A stretch of DNA of 64,000 nucleotides, taken from positions 310,001-374,000 of the forward strand of contig BROI01000021.1 of assembly GCA_027923505.1 (NCBI GenBank), written 5' to 3'. A program made the translations under genes and the position numbers. Below the pieces are notes generated by a model, which was not told the DNA's origin, did no database searches, and saw only the letters and a list, made by a program, of their open reading frames with translations. The stretch is from Mayamaea pseudoterrestris (Eukaryota). This document shows, piece by piece, positions 10,882 to 19,086 of this stretch (the stretch's first letter is position 1; each line of letters opens with the position of its first letter).

Positions 10882-12174
10882 ATGTGGTTGTCACTTCTAT
10901 ACCTTGCCGTCTGGACAAGACAAAGCCAATCGTTTATACATCCTCTACGACGGAACATTGTCATCTCGCGTCCAACCAGGCAATGGGAGCTGCATGCCAA
11001 GAAATCGAGCAAAAATGTCAAGTCGAAAAAGGCTACAACAACTACTGCAAGTCGTGGAGGAGGATTTGGTCTTTTGAATCGAAAGTCGGCAGCTGCCCCT
11101 TTGATGGATGACGACTACTCTGTCTTTCCGGCGCTTGAACCGAACGTGATGCGAACCTTGGTTCCGGCCGTACAGCCAGAACAGGCTGGTGAGCTGCCAA
11201 ATGATGTTTATCAGCGACTGAAACAAATATATGGATTTGGAAACTTCAACTATCCATCGTCGGCTGCTGACGAGACCGCTACCGTTGCAGACGCATTGTC
11301 AATAGTCGATGGTGCATCGTCGTCAGCAATTAACCCTCTTGACATCAATGGCGTTGACACAAATGATGTGTTGAAGTCCGTCTTGGCTTCGGACAAGGGG
11401 CCAGCTAGCCTTTTCGGTGCACCATCGTCATCTGTGGGTATCAAGGATCTGTCATTGTCTCTAAATCTGCTACCCGCTTTTCAAAACCTGAGTGTTTTGC
11501 ATACTGATCCACTCGTCATTCGCATTCACGACTTTTTTACTCACGAGGAATGCGATCGGTACGTGACCATGGTGCAAACCAAGAATGTTCTCGAGAGTCG
11601 GTCACCGACCGTGGGAAAGGATCGCTACTCCAAGTCGCAGCGAACAAGCACAACCTGGTACAATGAGTATGAAAACGTTCCGGAGCTAATGGCCAAGGCA
11701 TGTCGACTGCTTGGCTTGTCGAATATTCATCATTGGGAGGAGCCGCAAACGGTTCGCTATCAAAGCACACAAAAGTTTACCTGGCACTTGGATGCACTTG
11801 GGCCTGCCGAGAATCAAGCAGCCCTGGGTGGCCAGCGGACAGCAACACTACTCGTGTACCTATCCGAGCTGCAAGAGAATGAAGGAGGTGCTACCGTGTT
11901 TCGTGACTTGGGCAAGGACGGTAGCATTCTAAAGGTGCGACCAGTAAAGGGATCTGCACTCTTGTTCTTTCCTGCTGCCGGAGGCATTCCCGATACTCCC
12001 TACGACATTCGCACCTTGCACGCCGGAGAAGCTGTTGTAGATACTGCCGTGAATGACAAGTGGATTTCGCAGCTTTGGCTACGAAACGGCGTCTACAAGC
12101 CGTCGCTCGGCAATCACGCTAGCGCGGCCGAGTCCATTGCTGACTACTGCTCGAGTGTCAACAATAATGCTTAA
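10882..12174 (+). CDS. Prolyl 4-hydroxylase-like 2OG-Fe(II) dioxygenase, predicted plastid-targeted
   Basis: DPLVIRIHDFFTHEEC, RTSTTWY, EEPQTVRY, FTWHLD, TLLVYL..GGATVF, LHAGEAV..KWISQLWLR. Signal peptide followed by SQS-FIHP. Confidence 0.85.
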   Translation: MWLSLLYLAVWTRQSQSFIHPLRRNIVISRPTRQWELHAKKSSKNVKSKKATTTTASRGGGFGLLNRKSAAAPLMDDDYSVFPALEPNVMRTLVPAVQPEQAGELPNDVYQRLKQIYGFGNFNYPSSAADETATVADALSIVDGASSSAINPLDINGVDTNDVLKSVLASDKGPASLFGAPSSSVGIKDLSLSLNLLPAFQNLSVLHTDPLVIRIHDFFTHEECDRYVTMVQTKNVLESRSPTVGKDRYSKSQRTSTTWYNEYENVPELMAKACRLLGLSNIHHWEEPQTVRYQSTQKFTWHLDALGPAENQAALGGQRTATLLVYLSELQENEGGATVFRDLGKDGSILKVRPVKGSALLFFPAAGGIPDTPYDIRTLHAGEAVVDTAVNDKWISQLWLRNGVYKPSLGNHASAAESIADYCSSVNNNA

Positions 12175-12573
12175 ACTTTTTGCTTATTTCCAATTTCTGT
12201 ACTTGTGTGGGGCTGCTTCGTTGACTATGTATAAACATATGAATGCTGACATACATTTGTAACTGCAGCCATCGCCAAATCACGATTCGAAAGTAACCGT
12301 CATGTTTCACATCGTACCGGTTTTGAAAATGACACCAGATGGCGAGTTCGAAGAAGCTCGCGCGTGGAGCCACGTGTTTTTGCGTAGAAACCGTACCAGC
12401 CTCTACGTAAACGGCTCCGGAGGAGCATTCTCGTCGAGCGAGAGGCGGAGACGTGTCCCAGCCAGCAAAGCGACATTAGTAATCACAACCAAGGTGTCGT
12501 TGTACACGAAACGAGGCAACAAGTTGCTGACTATACTTGACGTTAAAGAAAGCTTGTCATATACTGTTATAAC

Positions 12574-14051
12574 ATGGCGTCTATCGATGTCGATGTACCA
12601 ATCTTTTTGCGGAGTAAGTCGCTCGTGTCTTGCGGTGAATCTCTCCGCGGAGGATATTGAGATAATGAGTTGAATATGCTGAGTGGACAATACCATTCAC
12701 GCATGTTCGCCCCAGCTGATTCTTTGTCTCTTTTCTTGTCATGTTGCAGAGCTGTACGCAATGGTGAATGAAGTGGATGATACCATTTGTGAATGGCACT
12801 CGGATGGCAGGTCCTTCGTCATTAAGGACCAAAAGGCTTTTGAGAAGTCAGTCATTCCACAATTCTTCAAGCATAGCAAGATTGCTAGCTTTGTACGGGT
12901 AAGTTATACATGGGAGGAGTCGTTCGCGGAGCCTTTCGGTTGCGACCAGGAATGAACGTCTTGCGCACGGATGACTCACTCACGCGATGCGCGCTCTTTG
13001 TTATTAGCAACTCAATTTTTATTCCTTTCGCAAAGTGCCGCATAATGAGAGTTTGCGGATTGATCCCGAGGTGGAGAAGAAGACCAAGGATTGGTGGCGA
13101 TTCCGTCATGACCAGTTTCAGCGCCACCATCCGGAGCTCTTGCGTCACATTAAGCGCACTCCCAATCCGAGCAACAAGGTGACGACTTCCTCCTCCTCGC
13201 AATTGGCTCGTAGTCCTTCGCCGGTGGCATCGCATACGAAAGCGGCTCCGGAAGTCACTTCTGAAGTGATTCAGCTCAAAAAGAAGATTGCGGAAATGAC
13301 CAAGAATATCGATGAGCTGACCACGCTGGTTCAAAAGGTGTCGCTCAAGCAGGAGGAGAATGACAAGGTCGGCAACAAACGACTAAAACCTGGGGTCGAT
13401 GATCCAAAAGGCAAGGAAGATACTGTCCGACCTGATGCAATGATGTCCAATGCGGACGTTGATGAAGTGGTGGGATTGGAGCCTGTCGAGTCTATGATGA
13501 TGGGTGTCGCTCCCGATTTTGCCTTTTCAATTCCGGACCCAGTCGCCCTGGCCAGTACATCTCCAGTGTCGTCGATAGAGACGGACAACGAGTTTGTTGA
13601 TAGTCTCTTTGACGTGTTTGCGCAGGATCCTGACGTGGAGTTGCTTGACGAGGTGGTTGCCACTAAGGGCAATGGCAGCTATGCAAATCATCCCGACCCC
13701 GAGTTGATGCGTCGACTTGGCGATGCGCTCATGCTCTTGCCCAAGGAAATTCAAGAAATGATTGTCGACCGCCTCATCGCTGCCATTATGAACACGGACA
13801 TTGCGACGAACAAGAAGGCAGTTGCTGCCGTGGAGGAGGAAGTTCACAAGTTTGAAGAGGTGGTGCCTGTCACTGAAGATTACGAGGAAGAAAATGAGCA
13901 GCAGTTCGACGCGAGCGACCGACGACGCGAAAACTCCTTGCCGCTTGCTGCGGCGACATTGGCGGCTTTGCTGCACCATTACAGCACGGAGTTCGCGGCT
14001 AAGTCTCACCAGAAGCACACGCGCATTCCGGTCATCCCTGTGCACGGATAA
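12574..14051 (+). CDS. HSF: Heat shock transcription factor; introns 12614-12749 and 12899-13007
   Basis: Spliced DBD: PIFLR|KLYAMVNE...WHSDGRSFVI...PQFFKHSKIASFVR|QLNFYSFRK...FRHDQFQR...LLRHIKR, followed by a heptad coiled coil. GTAAGT donors. Confidence 0.92.
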
Positions 14052-14302
14052 GCAAGCTCCGTTCCATACATTAGTGTCGAGCATTACATCTTCATTGGCG
14101 CGAAGTTGGTGAATATCGCTGGACACGACTCGGGCTTGTCATTATGATACATATATACACGCAAACGGCCACTCGGTCTCAGCACTATAATATACAACGG
14201 CAATCAAGACTATGATAGTCGAGTGATGAGATGGATCTACGATTAATTAAAAAACAATTTATTTACAATGTATATTTTGTACATGCTTGGAATTATTTTA
14301 AG

Positions 14303-16489
14303 CTAGCGACGGCGAGTCGTTCCTCCGGCTCGCGCTGGACCGGCAAACAGAGCATCGGCACGACGGCTTTGTTCCTCAAGCTCTTCCAACTGCGTAGCCG
14401 CATGGATTTCAGCTTCTGAAACTCTCGTCGTGTGAACGCGTAACTGCAAACGTGCTCGTGGCGGAGAAGGTACACTGTTCTTGCGAAAAGCTTTATAGTT
14501 TGGGCCAGAATGGACGCTCCGGGCAGTCGGCTGTCCTTGCGCTGGTGCGATGAGCCCGGCCATGCGTATAGTCGGCGCAACATCAAGCAGCTCCTCCAAA
14601 TCAGCTCCGGTGGCTTCGCAAATTTCAGCCTTGTCTCGAATAAACGCCTTGCGTTTCTTTCCCTTGGGCGCCGCAGCGAGCCAACCATCTGTCGCAGCGT
14701 TTGAGTTGAGTTCCTGTCGTTTCAAGGGACGTTCTTCATCAGAACGACGAGCAGCGGACTGCCATTCATCCGCGGCGGCTCCGTCGTCCTTACTGCTCTC
14801 GAGAAACGTCGCATTAGACACTGGTGGCGTCTTTTCTGAGCTAGCTGACTCCTCTTTCTTTGTCTTCGCTGGCTCTGGCATATCAGTATTAAACGTGTCG
14901 GCATTCGCCATGGAACCAGATTGGGGCGAGTTCGTTTCGGTGTCCATGGCGTCCAAATCTTTCGGAACATCATTCCGATACTTGGCCTTGCGAGCGGAAG
15001 GGTTTGCTGCAGGCGATGCGCTTTTCTTCGCCTTCTGTGTAGCTTCAACACTTGTCCGTGGTGATTCAACATCATCCTCCATCGCAACATCTTGCTCAAC
15101 ATGCTGATCCGTGCGCTTTGCAGAGCTTTTACTGTGATGTTTATCCGTGTTAGGCCGTACTACCGTCTTATCTGCTACATAATCGGCAGGATCCATGCTA
15201 TGGAGCTTGCTACCATCCGGTTGCTTTGGATCATACGTCAAGTGCTTTGCCACATCCTTCATTGGCACGGCGAGAATGCCCAGTGTGTTGTGTAGTTCAA
15301 CGACAATTTTCTTCTTGCTCTTGCTATCAAACATGAAACACTTATCTTTACTTAAACTGCTGTTCACGGATAGCTGTTTCTCGAATTCGTGGACTTGTTC
15401 CGCAACTGTCTTGCCAAGCTTGTAGATTTGAATCACCTTGGATCCGGCGGCAGCGATCATTGCCTCCATGGGAGCGTCGCGCTGATCATACGATAAAAAG
15501 ATCCACGACTTCCAAGTCTCCTTTAAAGCTGAACTCGGAGACTGCTTCCAAAATGTGTTTCCATCGTCACTGGGTTCAATCTCGGGCGGCAAATCGTCAG
15601 TCGGGCTCGACCGATCCAATAGCGCTTGGAGGTAATCTGGATGGACAATTTTGCGCTGCAATAACCAGCTGGTGACTTGCTTTGGAGAGACGGAACGCGA
15701 TGGAGTCACATGATGCGTAATCATGGAATTAGGTATAGCGTCATCATGGTGCGCGGATATGTAATGAGCGTCAATTTGGTGCAATTGTGACATGAACTTG
15801 TAGTGCGCCTTGTCAGCCGAGCCCACGATGAATAGTATAGGCATGCGCTTCAAGACAATGGTTGATCCTCCCTTACCGACTTGAATAATGACGCGAGAAG
15901 GCATTGCATAATCACAATCTTTGTTGGGTCTAAGTAGCGAGAGATGCGTCAAAACTAGGCTCTCGTCTCGACCGACCGCACGCAGGGTAACTGCCGAAGG
16001 ATCTTTGACTAAAGCTTTCGTCGCGTTTGAAAGCGACGGCATGCCAGATTGACTTTGAAGCGCAGACATGGGCAACTCATCTTCGTCATCCGTTGCGTCG
16101 TCGTCTGAATCATTCTTTTCGCTATTTAAAGGAGCTGCATTGTGCGATGATGTATGCTCGTGAACGACAAAGCTTCCAAGCTTGCCCAAATTCGTATACA
16201 CGGCGCAACATTTATCCAAACTCGCTTCGCAGGCTTCTATTTCCTTCTCTGTCGTTGCAAGTACGGGTGAATGCGGATTGTTTTCATCAATAAGTTTGTC
16301 GTTTGTTGTCTTGATTGTGAGCAGCGCGTGCTCGCGGCTAACAGCCTTGTCGGCGATTGCAACAGTGGTTGCTTTGCGCCCAATCGACAGCAAGAGACCG
16401 GGCTTTTCAAAGTTCGTTGCTAAACACACATGGACCGTCTGCGAGGAGACAGACTCCTGATTAGGGTAGACGTCGATTTGGAGGAGCAT
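14303..16489 (-). CDS. NBS1: Nibrin/NBS1-like (FHA + BRCT-like + Mre11- and ATM-binding C-terminal motifs)
   Basis: FHA IGRK...DKAVSREHA. C-terminal NYKAFRK (Mre11-binding NFKxFxK type) and EEQSRRADALF (ATM-binding EExxxDDLF type). Start placed at MLLQIDVY. Confidence 0.75.
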   Translation of the reverse strand: MLLQIDVYPNQESVSSQTVHVCLATNFEKPGLLLSIGRKATTVAIADKAVSREHALLTIKTTNDKLIDENNPHSPVLATTEKEIEACEASLDKCCAVYTNLGKLGSFVVHEHTSSHNAAPLNSEKNDSDDDATDDEDELPMSALQSQSGMPSLSNATKALVKDPSAVTLRAVGRDESLVLTHLSLLRPNKDCDYAMPSRVIIQVGKGGSTIVLKRMPILFIVGSADKAHYKFMSQLHQIDAHYISAHHDDAIPNSMITHHVTPSRSVSPKQVTSWLLQRKIVHPDYLQALLDRSSPTDDLPPEIEPSDDGNTFWKQSPSSALKETWKSWIFLSYDQRDAPMEAMIAAAGSKVIQIYKLGKTVAEQVHEFEKQLSVNSSLSKDKCFMFDSKSKKKIVVELHNTLGILAVPMKDVAKHLTYDPKQPDGSKLHSMDPADYVADKTVVRPNTDKHHSKSSAKRTDQHVEQDVAMEDDVESPRTSVEATQKAKKSASPAANPSARKAKYRNDVPKDLDAMDTETNSPQSGSMANADTFNTDMPEPAKTKKEESASSEKTPPVSNATFLESSKDDGAAADEWQSAARRSDEERPLKRQELNSNAATDGWLAAAPKGKKRKAFIRDKAEICEATGADLEELLDVAPTIRMAGLIAPAQGQPTARSVHSGPNYKAFRKNSVPSPPRARLQLRVHTTRVSEAEIHAATQLEELEEQSRRADALFAGPARAGGTTRRR

Positions 16490-16781
16490 TTGGTAGTTGT
16501 GAATGCACAACCAGCAAAGATGCAATGATTAGTCGTACCGGCACTTCATTGGTACCGCTACGACGCTTGTGACATCCAAACCACGCATGTATTCCACGTC
16601 AACACGATTCGATGCTTCGAACATCGAAGACCAAGAGGTGTTCTTCATCCACCCTCTTCGTCATGCTTCACAAAAACGAATGTATCAACAAATCGGCCCT
16701 CCGCCTGACATAAGCAGAAACAAACCACTGTACTGGGCACTTGTTGTAGTCTTGTTGTCAGGAAGCTTTCGCATCATAACC

Positions 16782-17399
16782 ATGGGTGCCGCATCATCTC
16801 TCCCGCCTCTCAAGCCAGTGACAAACTGTGATACGGCTCGCTTCATGGGACACTGGTTCGTTATTGGAGTCAAGCCGACATTTCTGGAAACGACCTGCTC
16901 AAACTCGGTTGAGAAGTACACCTGGGTTCGCCAGGAAGAGTCCAAGCGTGGCGGTGGCTTTGGTCCTTGGTCGAACGACATTGACATTGATTTCACCTAC
17001 AACAAGGATGCGCCCATTACTTCCGCCGTGGGGAGTGTGCCACAGAAGGGGTGGATTCAAGGCGACAACAAGGCCAATTCGGGTGCATGGAAGGTCAGCC
17101 CTTTTTGGCCAATCAAGGCTCCGTATCTCATTCTCGAAGTCGATGAGGCTAACTACGATTACACCCTCATTGGTTATCCTTCGAGAGACTACCTTTGGAT
17201 CATGTCGCGGAAGCCGCAAATGGATGAGAGTGTTTACAAAATGTTGACAGAAAGAGCCGTGGAGAAGCATCAGTACAGTCTGGAGGGTCTGCGAAGGGTT
17301 CCGCAAGTTTGGACTGCCGAGGAGAGGACCAAGCGGGGCTTGACGGAGAAGGAGATTCCAGATTCGCTGTTGGTGAAGGAGCCACCCACTACCAAGTAA
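16782..17399 (+). CDS. Lipocalin (Blc/ApoD/TIL-like), probable N-myristoylated
   Basis: SCR1 RFMGHWFVIG, SCR2/3 YDYTLIGYPSRDYLWIMSRKP, and an MGAASS start. Confidence 0.85.
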   Translation: MGAASSLPPLKPVTNCDTARFMGHWFVIGVKPTFLETTCSNSVEKYTWVRQEESKRGGGFGPWSNDIDIDFTYNKDAPITSAVGSVPQKGWIQGDNKANSGAWKVSPFWPIKAPYLILEVDEANYDYTLIGYPSRDYLWIMSRKPQMDESVYKMLTERAVEKHQYSLEGLRRVPQVWTAEERTKRGLTEKEIPDSLLVKEPPTTK

Positions 17400-17491
17400 A
17401 TGCATACAATAGTTCTTTAGTTCCTATTTGTTATTGAAACTACTATCAAAAAAGGTGTATACAACTAGAGCAGAACGTGCGACTTGGCAAT

Positions 17492-18652
17492 TTAACACGC
17501 TTCTTGCACACGCTCCAACCCATCGCTTGGCAGTTGATACCAAGGCTGCTTGTATCTGCAGCAAATATGTAGCACGCGATCATAGTTGCATTGCTCACGA
17601 AGCAGCTCCCGGTTGCGTCGGTCGCTTGGCTCGGACGCATCGTCGTGAAGCGATGCCGCCACTGGCCACACAACGTCTGGCTGTTCGTCGTATACAATGG
17701 TCATGACAGAGCGGCACGTTTGGCAAATGTGTCTTTGCCCATGAGAGGTTGTTCGAATTAGTGGCGGCTCCAGCGAAAATGATTCCGATGTATCGCGGTC
17801 ATTTATTCCACTGCGAATCCACTCGAAATTTTCCTCCTCCACTGGAATCCATGTCATGAACGGTCCGCCAGAAAGTTGTCGACATAGTTTGCAGTAGCAA
17901 TGCTGGAGTTCCGTTGAGAATGGCGCTGCCATTTGCGCGGCATCCTCGTCGAGTCGAATGCGATACGAGTGTCGTTGGCAAGCGCACGATCCAGTCAAGT
18001 ATCGGGGTCCGTTAGTAGATTGAATTGCTGCAGATATATCTCCTCCTTTTCCAGGTCGCGCATCGAGCCATGGGGCTTTGTAATTTTCCTGATACTGAAG
18101 ACGAGAAGTTCGCCAAGCTAGAGCCAATTCCTTTGGAATGCTTTCGTCCTGCACGCAGCCAAGATTGACAAGCACATCACCGGGAGGCGAGTTTAAAGGT
18201 TGATCGGATGTCGATAAGGTTTCTTGGTTTTCTTGAGGTCTTAAACGCGTAAACAGTTTGCTGCTGCAGCGCCGACATGAGATTCGTTCCGATGGGCCAA
18301 ACTGGCGGCACGAGTCGGAATACGAAACGATATCATCGGTAGTGCGGCTACTCTGGTCGTTCACTTTGATGCAAGACTGATCCATTTTAAGGTAGGATAC
18401 AAAGGCACTATCGTGATATTTCCGACAGTCTGGACAGTGACAATCAAGGCATTGAGAGGAATGTGACGCCGACTCGATTTGTGATGCGGCCGAAGACGAC
18501 CGATACTGTATCGAGAGTGACACTTTGCCGCATGCACATGCGGATCTTAAATTAATATCGTTTGAGGCTATCGACATTGTGGCAGCTGAAGGCAGTAACA
18601 GTAGTAGAGAAACATCGAGAGCCATGCGTCGAAATGCAGACGGAATCCTCAT
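17492..18652 (-). CDS. Protein with two tandem GFA/CENP-V (Mss4-like) Zn-binding domains
   Basis: Domain 1: SACACG...CHCPDCRK...CRRCSS. Domain 2: GSCAC...HCYCKLCRQLSG...RHICQTCRS...HICC..KQPWY. Start uncertain (about 18630-18736). Confidence 0.8.
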   Translation of the reverse strand: MRIPSAFRRMALDVSLLLLLPSAATMSIASNDINLRSACACGKVSLSIQYRSSSAASQIESASHSSQCLDCHCPDCRKYHDSAFVSYLKMDQSCIKVNDQSSRTTDDIVSYSDSCRQFGPSERISCRRCSSKLFTRLRPQENQETLSTSDQPLNSPPGDVLVNLGCVQDESIPKELALAWRTSRLQYQENYKAPWLDARPGKGGDISAAIQSTNGPRYLTGSCACQRHSYRIRLDEDAAQMAAPFSTELQHCYCKLCRQLSGGPFMTWIPVEEENFEWIRSGINDRDTSESFSLEPPLIRTTSHGQRHICQTCRSVMTIVYDEQPDVVWPVAASLHDDASEPSDRRNRELLREQCNYDRVLHICCRYKQPWYQLPSDGLERVQEAC

Positions 18653-18826
18653 GGTGGGCTTTGTGTTCGTGCACCATGTGCCACATGACGAGGCAGTGTG
18701 ACGGCATGGACATTCGGTGACGTATGATTTATCCAATCATACCACTGTATTTTATTGGGCCTTTTTTCAAAGTTTTTGGACTACTCTCTAAGACACACTA
18801 ACCCATAACTTTTGTTCGGCCCACAG

Positions 18827-18862
18827 TGCCAAGAACTTTGAAATATTTCAAAGTTTTTGGCA
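18827..18862. repeat. 36-bp near-perfect palindrome in divergent promoter
   Basis: TGCCAAGAACTTTGAAAT|ATTTCAAAGTTTTTGGCA with one mismatched pair. The arm TTTCAAAGTTTTTGG recurs at 18765-18779. Confidence 0.85.
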
Positions 18863-19086
18863 GTACTGTTAGGTCTATAGTCATGACATTCAGTCCCGTA
18901 TGTTGGTAAATTAAGTACCGGAGCGATTCCAAAGAAACGGCTGGCAGCGGCTCTCTTCGATCACAATGGGCTTTCGCTGCAACCAATAAAGTGCCAACTG
19001 CAGCTCATTCTTTACTCTAGTCTCCCTATCATAGTTAGCATTGAGCTTAGCAATCTACTAAGCAACCAAAGAGCTCATCAGTCCTC

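Noticed and set aside
13527..14126. 199-aa minus-strand ORF
   Set aside because: It is antisense to the HSF last exon, with no homology cues.
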